Positions 20,819-31,427 are shown, numbered from the stretch's first letter. The stretch is 64,000 nucleotides of DNA from Gemmatimonas sp. (GCA_965279375.1 OZ257156.1:1600001-1664000); one strand, 5' to 3'. Made by a program: numbers and translations. The notes: a model not told the origin generated them from the sequence alone.

Positions 20819-21577
20819 TTGAGCACGCTTTCCATCGATCTCGCCTACACGCGCCACTCCGATATCGGAGTGGCGCTGTTGCATCGGGATGCGCACAACC
20901 GCACACGCGCGCGTGCGCTGCGCATCGACCTTCCCGATCCACCGGATGTCGCACGCCTCGCCGACTGGATCACGTGCACCGCCGACGAGCACGATGTGCG
21001 CTGCCTCTGCATCGACGGACCGCTGGGCTGGCGCGACCCCGAGCGTGCGGCGGCGCACGGCGCAGTGCATTCGCGCGTGAGCGAGCGGCGGCTCAATGCA
21101 CCGGGCAAGACCGGTGCGCCCGGCACCTGCAAGCCACAGCTTTATCTGCCATTCATTGCGTTCTCCATCGCGCTGTTCGAGCGGCTCACTCAGCAGGGTT
21201 GGGTGCTTCCCGATGGTACGCACCGCAGCGCGCACGACCGTTTGGCGCCCCAACGCCTCATCACGGAGACGTTTCCGACGGCAGCGTGGCGTGCATTCGG
21301 CTTGCCGCCGCTGCCCGGCAAGGCACGAGCGGCCAAGGACCCATCCATCCTGAGGGCGGCGCTCGCGACGCTCCACGACACGCTTGGCGTCGAGCTGGAC
21401 GGCATCGCCACGCACGATGAGGTGCAGGCCGTGATCGGCGGGCTGGCCGGGCTGGCCTGGGAGGCCGGCGACGCCGATCAGGTACGACTGGAGGGACTTT
21501 CCCCCGAACGTCTCGACGGGACGTGGCGCGAGGGTTACATCATGATTCCTGCTCCGTCCCCGCCGATTCGACCGTGA
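20819..21577 (+). CDS. DUF429 family protein (predicted RNase H-like fold)
   Basis: SIDLA, CIDGPLGW, R.SE, ETFPT and EGYIMIP. Confidence 0.7.
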   Translation: MSTLSIDLAYTRHSDIGVALLHRDAHNRTRARALRIDLPDPPDVARLADWITCTADEHDVRCLCIDGPLGWRDPERAAAHGAVHSRVSERRLNAPGKTGAPGTCKPQLYLPFIAFSIALFERLTQQGWVLPDGTHRSAHDRLAPQRLITETFPTAAWRAFGLPPLPGKARAAKDPSILRAALATLHDTLGVELDGIATHDEVQAVIGGLAGLAWEAGDADQVRLEGLSPERLDGTWREGYIMIPAPSPPIRP

Positions 21578-21587
21578 TCTTCTCGCC

Positions 21588-22355
21588 GTGATGTCCGACT
21601 CGTCCCAGCCCCTGAATCGCCGCCGTTTCGTCTCGATGGCCGCTGCCGCCGCGGCCACGGCCTCGCTGACGCCTTCACTCGCGCAGGCCCTCTCAGGCGC
21701 TGACGACGCCAGCGCGCCACACGGTGCGGGTGGCATCGTGCTCTTTCAGGGCGACTCGGTCACGGACAACGGACGCAGTCGCACTCGGCCCATGGCCAAC
21801 GACGCGAGCGCCTTGGGGAACGGCTATCCGCTCATGGTCTCCAGTCAGGTGCTCCGAACGGATTCGGAATCGCCGTGGCAGTTCTTCAATCGCGGCGTCA
21901 GCGGCAACAAGATCCCCGATCTCGATGCGCGCTGGGACGCCGACTGTCTGGCCATCAAGCCAGACATCCTGAGCATCCTGATCGGCATCAACGACTACTG
22001 GCACACCAAGACGCTGGGCTACAAGGGCACCACTGCCGAATTCGAGTTGGGCTTCATCGCGCTGATCGATCGCACGAAGAAGGCGCTGCCGTCGGTGCGA
22101 CTGGTCATCATGGAGCCGTTCGTGCTCAAGGTCGGCGCCGTGGACGACAGCTGGTATCCCGCATTCCCCGAGCGCCAAGCCATCGTCGCCCGCATCGCCA
22201 AGACCGTCGGCGCCAAGTACGTACCACTGCAGGAACCGTTCGATCGCGCCGCAAAATCAACGGGCCCTGCGCACTGGGCTGCCGACGGTGTGCATCCCAC
22301 ACCAGCAGGACACGCGCTGATCGCCGAACGCTGGCGCGCAGCCGTCAAGCTCTGA
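21588..22355 (+). CDS. SGNH/GDSL hydrolase, Tat-exported
   Basis: Tat motif NRRRFV; FQGDSVTD, NRGVSG, GIND and DGVHP. Confidence 0.92.
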   Translation: MMSDSSQPLNRRRFVSMAAAAAATASLTPSLAQALSGADDASAPHGAGGIVLFQGDSVTDNGRSRTRPMANDASALGNGYPLMVSSQVLRTDSESPWQFFNRGVSGNKIPDLDARWDADCLAIKPDILSILIGINDYWHTKTLGYKGTTAEFELGFIALIDRTKKALPSVRLVIMEPFVLKVGAVDDSWYPAFPERQAIVARIAKTVGAKYVPLQEPFDRAAKSTGPAHWAADGVHPTPAGHALIAERWRAAVKL

Positions 22356-22386
22356 CACTTACCCCGCACACCTTCCCCCTCCCGTC

Positions 22387-23904
22387 ATGTCGAACGACTA
22401 CTCGCGTCGCGATTTCGTCAGCGATTCCACGAAGCTCGCCTTCGGTGCCATGATCGTCCCCCGCTTCGTGCTCGGCGGACCTGGCTATCGCGCACCAAGC
22501 GCCAAGCTCAACATCGCCTGTGTCGGCGTGGGTGGCATGGGCATGAGCAACATGTCGATGATGCTCGACGAGAACATCGTCGCGGTGTGCGACGTGGATT
22601 TCGCGTACGTTGAGCGTTCGCTCAATAGCCGCCTCAAGCCAGCGCGTGGCGAAGTCACCGCGCAGAACGTCAAGCTCGGCGAAGCGTTCGCCAAGGCGAC
22701 GCGCTACACCGACTTCCGCGTGATGCTCGAGAAGCAGAAGGATATCGACGCGGTGGTGATCGCCACGCCTGACCACATGCACGCCACCATCGCCAACATG
22801 GCGATGAAGATGGGCAAGCATGTGTACGTGCAGAAGCCGCTCACCTACTCGGTGTACGAAGCGCGCCTGCTCGCCAGGACGGCCGCAGAAACGAAGGTCG
22901 TTACGCAGATGGGCAATCAGGGCCACTCGGCGGAAGGCACGCGTCGCATCAACGAGATCATCGCGTCTGGGGTGCTGGGAAAGATCCACGAAGTGCACGT
23001 GTGGACTGACCGTCCTGTGCGCTATTGGGCGCAAGGCATTCCGCGTCCGATCGCACCGGGCACCGTGCGCCCGTTCCAGGCCGCCGAGAACCCCAACATT
23101 CCGCGTCAGTGGAATCAGGGCACCGTCGATCGTGCCGTGCGTGATGCGATGGCCATTGCGCCGTCGTCGCCACCGCCGGGACTCGATTGGGATCTCTTCC
23201 TCGGTGCGTCACCGGATGTGCCGTATCACCCGGCGTATCACCCGTTCGCATGGCGCGGCTGGATCGATTTCGGCGTTGGCGCGATCGGCGACATGGGCGC
23301 GCACCTCATCGATCAGTCGTTCTGGGCGCTCGGTCTCGACTATCCCACCAGCATCTCGGCGTCGTCATCGCCGTGGGGCGGTGGTGCACAGACGCCGGCC
23401 ACGTACCCGATGGCGACGATGGTGCAGTACGAGTTCGCTGCACGCGGCAAGGAACCGCCGGTGAAGATGCATTGGTACGACGGCGGCCTGATTCCGCCGC
23501 GTCCGGATATGCTCCCCACCGATGCTGCGCTCTCGCAGGGCGACGGTGGTGGCGGACTGTTCATCGGCGAGAAGGGCATCCTCACGCACGAGACGTACGG
23601 CGCGAATCCCAAGATCTACCCGGAAGCGACCGCCAAGAAGGCCGAAGCAGTGCCCAAGACATTCCCGCGCGTCACCGTGCCACACGAAGTGAACTGGATC
23701 CAGGCGTGCAAGGGCGAAGCGAAGGCGAGCTGCCCGTTCGACTACGCCGCCAAGCTGACGGAAACGATGCTGTTGGGCATCGTGGCGCTGCGCACCGGTC
23801 AGGGAAAGAAGCTGCTGTACGACGGACCGAACATGAAGGTCACCAACATCCCCGAAGCCAACCAGTATCTGACGCGCGTCTATCGCAAGGGCTGGGAGCT
23901 GTAG
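22387..23904 (+). CDS. Gfo/Idh/MocA oxidoreductase with Tat-like N-terminus
   Basis: SRRDFV; VGVGGMG, IATPDHMH, VYVQKP and GDMGAH. Confidence 0.92.
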   Translation: MSNDYSRRDFVSDSTKLAFGAMIVPRFVLGGPGYRAPSAKLNIACVGVGGMGMSNMSMMLDENIVAVCDVDFAYVERSLNSRLKPARGEVTAQNVKLGEAFAKATRYTDFRVMLEKQKDIDAVVIATPDHMHATIANMAMKMGKHVYVQKPLTYSVYEARLLARTAAETKVVTQMGNQGHSAEGTRRINEIIASGVLGKIHEVHVWTDRPVRYWAQGIPRPIAPGTVRPFQAAENPNIPRQWNQGTVDRAVRDAMAIAPSSPPPGLDWDLFLGASPDVPYHPAYHPFAWRGWIDFGVGAIGDMGAHLIDQSFWALGLDYPTSISASSSPWGGGAQTPATYPMATMVQYEFAARGKEPPVKMHWYDGGLIPPRPDMLPTDAALSQGDGGGGLFIGEKGILTHETYGANPKIYPEATAKKAEAVPKTFPRVTVPHEVNWIQACKGEAKASCPFDYAAKLTETMLLGIVALRTGQGKKLLYDGPNMKVTNIPEANQYLTRVYRKGWEL

Positions 23905-23921
23905 TCAGCAGCAACCGCAAG

Positions 23922-25508
23922 TTAGCGGCGTTCCAGTTTGTCGACGCGTGCTTCGAGTGTTGCGAGGCGCGCGTCGATCGAACCGGAAGGCGCGGGGGCC
24001 GTCGTGACGACGGAGCTCGCAATGATAGCAGGCCGCGTCGATACCGATGCGGCCTCTGTCGTTTGCGCCGACGCGTAGCCACCGAGCCGCCGACCGACTG
24101 CACTCAGCCACAGGACGCGAAACAGACGTTCGTCCGCCGGCATCTTGAGCGGATTGCGCAGTAGCAGCACGACACTGATCCCGAACCAGATCATCGCGAC
24201 GAATAGCAGCGTGATGCCAAGTCCCGGGTCATAGTGCTGGCCGTTTCTCTCCTCTCGCAGCGCGAAGCGTCCTGCGAACGAAGCTGCAGCACCGAAGAGA
24301 AGCACCAGAGCTGTCCGACGGGTGCGCTTCCGCTGCGCCACTACGGTGGCATCCGCGCGCAGCTGCTGGCGACGTTCTTCCCGCTCAGCCATCACCGCCA
24401 GCAGACCGCGATGAATGTCATCGCCGCTGAATCCCGCCGCGCGAATGCGTCTCACTTCGGAACGCGATTGCAGGAAGCGACCGAAGAGCACGGCAATCAT
24501 CACCAGCGAGGGAAGCACGCCAGCCAGCGTACCCGGCGTCAGCATCAGGCTGAACGAGAACAGCAGCATGAACATCAGAAACGCCGCAAGGATCTGCACC
24601 ATCGACATCTCGTTCGCGAGCAGTCGAATGGAGAGTGGAATTTCGGGCGCTGCCGCCTGCGCTGCGTCCAGCGCTTCGATCAACGCGGAAGCATCCGCAA
24701 AGCGATCGTCGCGTTCCTTCGCCAGACACTTGTCTACGGACGGTCCCAGCGTGGGCGGGAGATCCGGCCGAATCGTACCCAATGGTGGCAACAGCTCCGT
24801 TAGCTGCCGCACGAGAATGCGCGCCGCGCTCTCGCCCGCAAATGCCACGTTCCCTGTCGCGGCAAAGTGTCCGACTAACCCCAGCGAGTAGAGATCGCTG
24901 CGTCCGTCGATCTCTTCACCGGTCGCCTGCTCCGGACTCATGTACTCGGGCGTGCCCACCACTTCGCCAACACGCGTCATTCCATTCCGCGCAGCGGGCG
25001 CTGCGCCAATCGCGCGTGCCACACCAAAGTCCATCAATAGCGCGCGGCCCGTCACGCGCTCCAGCATGATGTTGTCCGGCTTGAGATCCCGATGCACCAC
25101 GCCGCGGCCGTGCGCGTACGCCAGCGCGTACGCGACGTCGAGCAGCAGACGAATCGTTTCACGCGCCGACAGCGGCCCGGCGCGCTTCACACGCTCCGTG
25201 AGGCTCTCGCCCTCCACGAAACCCATCACGAACGCCAGCGAGTCGCCCTCGGCTTCCACCGAATACACCGGCACGATGTTCGGATGCGAGAAGCTCGCCG
25301 CCATGCGCACTTCACGCAGAAAGCGCTCGCGCAACAACGGGTCGCTCGCGAATTCCGACGGCAGCTCCTTCACCGCCACCAGCCGGTCCAGCGTCAGGTC
25401 GCGGGCGAGATACACGGCGCCCATCCCACCACGGCCGAGCAGTCGCTCGATGCGGTAACGATCGGCGAGTCGCGACTGGAGATCTGGCAACGTGGAATCA
25501 GTGGGCAT
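23922..25508 (-). CDS. Ser/Thr kinase with C-terminal 4-TM domain
   Basis: LGRGGMGAVY, HRDLKPDN, DFG and GTPEYMSPEQ. Confidence 0.92.
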   Translation of the reverse strand: MPTDSTLPDLQSRLADRYRIERLLGRGGMGAVYLARDLTLDRLVAVKELPSEFASDPLLRERFLREVRMAASFSHPNIVPVYSVEAEGDSLAFVMGFVEGESLTERVKRAGPLSARETIRLLLDVAYALAYAHGRGVVHRDLKPDNIMLERVTGRALLMDFGVARAIGAAPAARNGMTRVGEVVGTPEYMSPEQATGEEIDGRSDLYSLGLVGHFAATGNVAFAGESAARILVRQLTELLPPLGTIRPDLPPTLGPSVDKCLAKERDDRFADASALIEALDAAQAAAPEIPLSIRLLANEMSMVQILAAFLMFMLLFSFSLMLTPGTLAGVLPSLVMIAVLFGRFLQSRSEVRRIRAAGFSGDDIHRGLLAVMAEREERRQQLRADATVVAQRKRTRRTALVLLFGAAASFAGRFALREERNGQHYDPGLGITLLFVAMIWFGISVVLLLRNPLKMPADERLFRVLWLSAVGRRLGGYASAQTTEAASVSTRPAIIASSVVTTAPAPSGSIDARLATLEARVDKLERR

Positions 25509-25590
25509 TGTGCCTATGTTATCCTGTGAAACTGGTCCCGTCGAGGAATCAGACCTCGCGCACCTTCGTCACCTCGCTCTCCGATCCTCC

Positions 25591-26430
25591 ATGCTCACTC
25601 CGCCAGTCGATCATGTCGTCGTGTCCTCCGTCGATGGTGCACGCGCGGTCATTGCCCTCGATGGCGCCCACGTCGTCTCATGGATTCCAGCAGGCAGTGA
25701 GAGCGATCGACTATTCGTCAGCGCGCGCTCTGGGTTTGGCGAGGGCGTATCAATTCGAGGCGGCATCCCGCTGATCTTTCCGCAGTTCGGTGCCGATGGT
25801 CCGCTGCAACGGCACGGCTTTGCGCGCAATCGTCGCTGGGTGCTTGTGGCGCAGCAGAGCGGTGGGGCGGAAGCAGTTGCGCGCTTTGCGCTCATTGACG
25901 ACGAAGTGACGCGCGCGATCTGGCCCCACCCATTCCATGCACAGGTGACGGTGCGCGTGAAGGGACCGCGGCTTTCCGTCTCGCTGGAGATTGCGAACTC
26001 CGCGAGCGAGCCAGCGACCTTCACTGCGGCGCTACATCCATACTTCGCCGTCGCGAACGCATATGCCACACACGTCGTCGGCCTCGAGGGCCGTCAGTAC
26101 CGTGACGCGCTGCGCGAGCGCTCGGTGCATGTCGAGGAGTCCGCATCGCTCGCGATCTCCGGTGAAATCGATCGTGTCTACTTCGATGTGGCGAACGCGA
26201 TCGAGATTCGTGAACCCGATCGTGCATTACGCATCGAGAAGGTCGGGTTCCCAGATGCAGTGGTGTGGAATCCTGGCCCGGACGGCACACGCGGCCGTGC
26301 CGACTTCGAGCCGGGTGACGAGCTGCGCATGCTCTGCGTCGAGGCGGCAGCCGTGCAGCATCCCATCACGCTGGCGCCCGGTGCGCGATGGGAAGGCACG
26401 CAGATCATGACCGACATTGGTGGGAGCTGA
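25591..26430 (+). CDS. D-hexose-6-phosphate mutarotase (aldose 1-epimerase family)
   Basis: GAHVVSW, IRGGIPLIFPQFG, HGFAR, ALHPYF, VVWNP and MLCVE. Confidence 0.9.
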   Translation: MLTPPVDHVVVSSVDGARAVIALDGAHVVSWIPAGSESDRLFVSARSGFGEGVSIRGGIPLIFPQFGADGPLQRHGFARNRRWVLVAQQSGGAEAVARFALIDDEVTRAIWPHPFHAQVTVRVKGPRLSVSLEIANSASEPATFTAALHPYFAVANAYATHVVGLEGRQYRDALRERSVHVEESASLAISGEIDRVYFDVANAIEIREPDRALRIEKVGFPDAVVWNPGPDGTRGRADFEPGDELRMLCVEAAAVQHPITLAPGARWEGTQIMTDIGGS

Positions 26431-26455
26431 CGGGGATTCGAATGGGATACGAGAT

Positions 26456-26595
26456 GATGAACTGCTCGGCCACGGATAGAAACCGATAGAAACAGAAACG
26501 GCGCACGAATACTGCAAACAGCAGTTATTGCTCTTGTTGTATCCGTGCGCTGTTTCCGCGCGCTTCAGCTCTTATCCGTGGCCGAGCAGTTCGTC
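26456..26595. repeat. ~140-bp palindromic REP/REPIN-like element, copy 1
   Basis: Arms gatgaactgctcggccacggata and tatccgtggccgagcagttcgtc; homologous to copies at 43792 and 55966. Confidence 0.9.
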
Positions 26596-26617
26596 CGTTC
26601 ATATCCCCACCCATCCC

Positions 26618-28309
26618 CTACATAGCCGACTTGACCGGCGCCTTCCTCGGAAACAGCCCCGCGCGATTCGCCGTGTGGTACACGAACGATGCGATGACCG
26701 CCGCGTTGAGCTTCATGTCCGCTTCCTGCACGCGCTCGTAGGTATCCATGTTGGAGTGATGCGTACGCGTGCCGTACTCCACGTCGTCCTGAATGAACTG
26801 GAAGCCCGGAATGCCCACGCCATCGAACGACAAATGATCGGTGCCACCCGTGTTGGCCAGCGTGACCGCCTTCACGCCCTTGTCTTCGAACGGCTTCATC
26901 CACGCACGAAAGATCGGCGCGGCCGCAGCGTTCCCCTGCTCGAACACGCCGCGAATCGCGCCCGTGCCGTTGTCAAGGTTGTAGTACGCCGACAGCTTGC
27001 CGGCTTCAGCCTTGGCCGAGTCGCGCGTGCCAAAGTGATCGCGTACGTACGCGCGTGAACCGAGCAACCCCTGCTCCTCACCCGTCCAGAGCGCGATGCG
27101 AATCGTGCGCTTGGGCTTGAGTCCGGTCGCCTTGAGAATGCGCACGGCTTCCAGCATCGCCGCCGATCCCGCGGCGTTGTCCGTCGCACCCGTACCCGCA
27201 TGCCACGAATCGAAGTGCGCACCCAGCATCACCACTTCGTCCTTGAGCTTCGGATCCGTTCCCGGAATCTCGGCGATGATGTTGAACGAGTTCAGGTCGT
27301 TGTCGTAGAACGTGTTCTTGACCTCGAGCTCCATCTGCACCGGCGATCCCTTTTCGAGGTTGCGCAGAATGCGGCCATAGTGCTCGATCGCCAGCACGAT
27401 CAGCGGCGTTCCGTACGGAGTTTTTGGATCGCGCGATTGTCCATTGTTGGTGAACACCGTTCCGCCATCACCACGTCCCGGCTCCAGCACCGCCGCAACA
27501 TGCTCATCGGCGATGAACGCCTGACGCCGCGCTGCCGTCGCCTGTGAGGCGCGTTGTGCTTCCAGCTGTCGCAGGCGCGCGCTGTCCTGCGCCGTCACCG
27601 GCGCAGACGCCGTCGCTCGCGGACCAACCTGTCCCTGCGGCGCGGGCGCCGGTGCCGCCTCCATGCGCGCCAACTCCTCATCCGTGCGACGTGATGCCAG
27701 CGGCGCGAAATTCGGGGTCACATCGCGCATCGGCGACAGCATGACGATCTTGCCGGTCAGCTTGCCGCGGTACTTCGCGTAGTCCGCTTCACTGTCGATT
27801 TTCACGTAGACCACGTCGCTCTTCACCAACCCGTTGGTGCCCGGAGTCCACGCCTGCGGATAGCCGATCGCAGCAAAGGCCACGGGCGATGTGACCTGTG
27901 CGTAGAACTTGTCGTTCGTCCAGCCGCGCCCGAACGGACCCCACGTCTCCAGTCGCGCGTTGGAAACACCCCACGACTTGAGTTGCGCGATCGTGTAGTC
28001 CGCCGCGCGTCGCGTTACCGGTGATCCCGTCAGTCGCGGGCCATGCACGTCGGTGAGGTACGACATCAGCGACATCACCTGCGAGCGATTGAACGCTTCG
28101 TCGCGGATCTTCGAGACGGCGACGCCATCCACCGGTTCGTCGGTCTGCGCAGCGAGTGGTGTCGAACAGACCGCGAGCGGAACGCTCAGCGGTAGCGCCA
28201 GCGTCATCATTCGAATGGCGAACCGGTGTGCCACGCTGTGGGCACCGTGCGCGCCAAATTCGGAGCCGCGCGCGCGCGACCGCGAGAGACCTGCAATGAG
28301 CGAGACCAT
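26618..28309 (-). CDS. M28 family metallopeptidase, secreted
   Basis: GPRLTGS, GAHFDSW, GATDNAAG, WTGEEQGLLGS, TDH and HHSNMD. Start 28309 has a GGGAG SD. Confidence 0.9.
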   Translation of the reverse strand: MVSLIAGLSRSRARGSEFGAHGAHSVAHRFAIRMMTLALPLSVPLAVCSTPLAAQTDEPVDGVAVSKIRDEAFNRSQVMSLMSYLTDVHGPRLTGSPVTRRAADYTIAQLKSWGVSNARLETWGPFGRGWTNDKFYAQVTSPVAFAAIGYPQAWTPGTNGLVKSDVVYVKIDSEADYAKYRGKLTGKIVMLSPMRDVTPNFAPLASRRTDEELARMEAAPAPAPQGQVGPRATASAPVTAQDSARLRQLEAQRASQATAARRQAFIADEHVAAVLEPGRGDGGTVFTNNGQSRDPKTPYGTPLIVLAIEHYGRILRNLEKGSPVQMELEVKNTFYDNDLNSFNIIAEIPGTDPKLKDEVVMLGAHFDSWHAGTGATDNAAGSAAMLEAVRILKATGLKPKRTIRIALWTGEEQGLLGSRAYVRDHFGTRDSAKAEAGKLSAYYNLDNGTGAIRGVFEQGNAAAAPIFRAWMKPFEDKGVKAVTLANTGGTDHLSFDGVGIPGFQFIQDDVEYGTRTHHSNMDTYERVQEADMKLNAAVIASFVYHTANRAGLFPRKAPVKSAM

Positions 28310-28466
28310 ACCAACTCCCGGGCAGTTTCGGAGAATGCAGCGCCGCTGCGGCGTGTAACCTGCAGCGAACCAGACACTCCGCCTACGATGCACCCGGGAC
28401 GTTCGTTGAGCTACTGCGGATTGCGCTTGTCAGAGTGGCGCGGTCATCGCTCCGCGCCTGTGCTCG

Positions 28467-29078
28467 TCAGATCGAATCCGCCGATGACGCGCGCGTGGAT
28501 GGCGTCTCGCGTACTGCGCGCGCCGGGACCACCTGTGCATCGTTCACCACGTAGGCAAACTGTAGCGCATCACGTGGTACCAACACGCGCGCACGCCACG
28601 ACCCATCGCCCTCATGTGCCAGTGCGGTGGCGCCACGCTGCCAGGCGTTGAACTCACCAACGACGCTCGCCGAACGCACCTCGGGCCCGCGGAGAACGAA
28701 CTCCACAATGCGCAGCGTGTCCAGCAATCGCTCGCCCAGCGTGTCCGCACGCGCTGCACCCGACGTGTGCGCATGCGGGACTACGGAATCGCCGAGTATC
28801 AACGCCGATCCCACGAGTCCCCCCACCGCGCTGTGGCGCTCCACGCCGCGCAGCGTGATCATCGCCACCATTGCGGCCACCATCGCCATGCCGCCCATCG
28901 GAGTGAGCAATCCACGGCGCATCCAACGCGACGCACGCATGGGCGCCTCCATCAGACGTGGCGCCGGCTCGCGACGCACGCGGTCCATGATCGCCGAGCG
29001 CTGCGATGCGGAGCTCGATGCCGGGTGCCGCAGCGCGTCGCGCACCCACGGCGTGAGATGTTCGCGTGGTTCACGCAT
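28467..29078 (-). CDS. Putative anti-sigma factor with one TM helix and a C-terminal CBM48/AMPK-beta-like glycogen-binding domain
   Basis: Start overlaps the sigma factor stop; TM MGGMAMVAAMVAMITL; VEFVL...VVGEFNAW...GSW...FAYVVND. Confidence 0.75.
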   Translation of the reverse strand: MREPREHLTPWVRDALRHPASSSASQRSAIMDRVRREPAPRLMEAPMRASRWMRRGLLTPMGGMAMVAAMVAMITLRGVERHSAVGGLVGSALILGDSVVPHAHTSGAARADTLGERLLDTLRIVEFVLRGPEVRSASVVGEFNAWQRGATALAHEGDGSWRARVLVPRDALQFAYVVNDAQVVPARAVRETPSTRASSADSI

Positions 29079-29718
29079 GGAGATGCTCCGAAAGCAACGC
29101 ACGCAACTGGGCACATGCCCGTTGCACACGCATTTTGAGGGCGGACACGCCGACGCCGGTGATGGTCGCCATTTCGTCGTAACTCAATTCATCAGAGAAG
29201 CGCAGCACGATCGCTTCCCGTTGCGCCGGACCCAGCTGCGCGAGCGCATGCGCCAGTTCTGCACTGCGTTCGGCGCGTGCCAACGTCTCGCTCGTGCTGT
29301 CATGCGGGCTGTCGGACTCGGCGAGTGTCGTCGGGTCCGGGCCCTCCCACTTCATGCGCCGTGTGGCGTGCGTGCGCGCCTGATTCACCACGATGCGCAA
29401 CACCCACGCGCCAAACTTGTCGCGCTCGCGGTAGCTGCCGAGGTGACGATACGCGCGAACGAACGAGTCCTGCACCACATCCTCGGCGTCGTCGCTGTCG
29501 CCCATCAGGTGCGTGGCCACGCGCAGACAGCGGGCGTGATGTCGATCCACCAGCAACGAGAACGCCTCGGCGTCGCCCGCCAGCACGCGGCGAACGATCG
29601 CGGCGTCCGGCGGTGACGGCGGGGAATCCGGCTGCGATTCCGGCAGCGATTCCGAAGGTGTGAGCCGGTGCGGGGCCATCGCTGGCTCCGACTCCGGCGG
29701 GACATCCGACGAGGTCAT
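29071..29718 (-). CDS. ECF RNA polymerase sigma factor
   Basis: AFSLLVDRH, DAEDVVQDSF, FGAWVLRIVVN, QREAIVLRF..ELSYDEMA and LKMRVQRA. Start uncertain (29679-29751). Confidence 0.92.
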   Translation of the reverse strand: MTSSDVPPESEPAMAPHRLTPSESLPESQPDSPPSPPDAAIVRRVLAGDAEAFSLLVDRHHARCLRVATHLMGDSDDAEDVVQDSFVRAYRHLGSYRERDKFGAWVLRIVVNQARTHATRRMKWEGPDPTTLAESDSPHDSTSETLARAERSAELAHALAQLGPAQREAIVLRFSDELSYDEMATITGVGVSALKMRVQRACAQLRALLSEHLHA

Positions 29719-29913
29719 GCCCACTAACTCGGGGTGGTGCGGGAACGTCACATCGCGGCTGCGGGTGACGACGGGGAGGGACGGATCGACTCGCTCGACG
29801 GCACGTGCACTCGTAACTTCGCGCGCATCGATCCACAGGGAAGCGGGTGACGGATGTTCTCCCTCATGCCCGCGCGTGACTGCTACCCCGAGCCCCCCGC
29901 CAGGATGCCCTCA

Positions 29914-30900
29914 ATGCCAATCAAGACGTTCCGCGCGATCGGTCTGCGCCTCGCGGCGCCTCTGATGCTCACCGGCTGCGCCGCCGCCGGCTCGTCGCCC
30001 TCCGCGACGGCCTCGTCACGCACCGCGGCGCCGCAGGCTGTGGCCGTGCAGGCCATCTCACGATTGGGGGACACGCTGCGGACGTTCCCACTCTCCGCCG
30101 AGGTGCGCACGCGATACGAACGACAGCTGGCGGAGGCGCAGCGAGCCTACGAGCACACCCCCACCAACGCCGACTCCATCATCTGGTATGCTCGGCGACT
30201 CGGGTATCTCGGGCGGCTGCGCGAGTCGATCGAGGTGTACGGGCGCGGCATCGCGCTCTATCCCGACAACCCGTGGTTCTATCGGCATCGCGGGCACCGC
30301 TACATCTCCGTGCGCGACTTCGATCGTGCGATCGCTGATCTCGAGCGCGCGGCGAAGCTGGTGCAGGGGAAGCCGGACATCGTGGAGCCTGATGGACAGC
30401 CCAACGCGGCCAACACGCCGATCGGCACGCTGCACTCCAACATCGACTACCATCTCGCGCTCGCGTACTACCTCAAGGGCGAGTACGCGAAGGCGTTGCC
30501 CGTGTATCGGCGCGACATCGCGACGGCCAACAACGATGACCGACGCGTGTCCACGACGCATTGGCTGTACATGAGTCTGCGCCTGCTCAATCGGCCGGAG
30601 GAAGCGGCGCAGGCGCTCGCCCCCATCCGGCGCGACATGAACGTGATCGAGAACGGCGTCTATCATCGCCTCGTGCTGCTCTACAAGGGACAGCTCTCCC
30701 CCGATTCCGTGTTGAGCGTCGGCCCCAACGGCGAGATGTCCGTGACCGATGCCACGGCCGCGTACGGCCTCGCCAACTGGCATCTGTACAACGGACGTCG
30801 CGCGCAGGCCGAGCCGTTGCTGCGCCGCATCATTGCCGGCGGGCAGTGGGGCGCGTTCGGGTTCATCGCCGCCGAAGTGGAGCTGGCGCGCCTGCGCTGA
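29914..30900 (+). CDS. TPR-repeat lipoprotein
   Basis: Lipobox LTGC; TPR-like helices YRHRGHRY and YHLALAYYLKG. Confidence 0.8.
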   Translation: MPIKTFRAIGLRLAAPLMLTGCAAAGSSPSATASSRTAAPQAVAVQAISRLGDTLRTFPLSAEVRTRYERQLAEAQRAYEHTPTNADSIIWYARRLGYLGRLRESIEVYGRGIALYPDNPWFYRHRGHRYISVRDFDRAIADLERAAKLVQGKPDIVEPDGQPNAANTPIGTLHSNIDYHLALAYYLKGEYAKALPVYRRDIATANNDDRRVSTTHWLYMSLRLLNRPEEAAQALAPIRRDMNVIENGVYHRLVLLYKGQLSPDSVLSVGPNGEMSVTDATAAYGLANWHLYNGRRAQAEPLLRRIIAGGQWGAFGFIAAEVELARLR

Positions 30901-30914
30901 CGTGTGCGTCGAGG

Positions 30915-31262
30915 TCAGGCGCGCTTGTAGTCCACCAGAAAGTGCATGACACCGGCGGGCGAGGAGAATTCCGTCGGTGTCGCCTGTCCGGACAGATCGT
31001 AGCAGATGCGCAGCGTGTCGCCGTCGAGCGCAAAAATGGCGGGGAAAGTCTTGCCTGCGTTCGGCCCTTCAACGCCGGTCACCGACATGGACATGGGCGA
31101 CGTGCTCGCGTCGATCGACACCGTGCCCTTGTCGATCGTTGGCCCGACCGTGACGACGTACTCGCCGCCGGTGACGGTGAGTTGCATTGCCTGGAGCACT
31201 GGTGGCGGAAACGGTTGACCGGCCATGAGAGCCGTGGTGGGGACCCAGGTACCATCGATCAT
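30915..31262 (-). CDS. TIGR03067-domain protein
   Basis: IDGTW...GPNAGKTFPAIFALDGDTLRICY...PTEF; GGAG SD before ATG 31262. Confidence 0.8.
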   Translation of the reverse strand: MIDGTWVPTTALMAGQPFPPPVLQAMQLTVTGGEYVVTVGPTIDKGTVSIDASTSPMSMSVTGVEGPNAGKTFPAIFALDGDTLRICYDLSGQATPTEFSSPAGVMHFLVDYKRA

Positions 31263-31427
31263 TGCGAGTGTCTCCGAGCGGATGGAGTGCGTGCCGGTGT
31301 GAGTCCGGCGGTTGGAGCATCCATGGTAGGGAACCGAGGCGGCGCGCGCGTCACCCGAATGGGTGATTCTGCGCCGTGTGCACGCCGTGCGATCAACTAT
31401 TTGACGCAGCGTCGCGACGATCATCGG

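Noticed and set aside
19235..21736. 833-aa minus-strand ORF and similar long antisense ORFs (e.g. 16511-17917, 17706-19214, 37036-38454)
   Set aside because: Shadows of well-supported genes; expected in high-GC DNA and lacking recognisable motifs.
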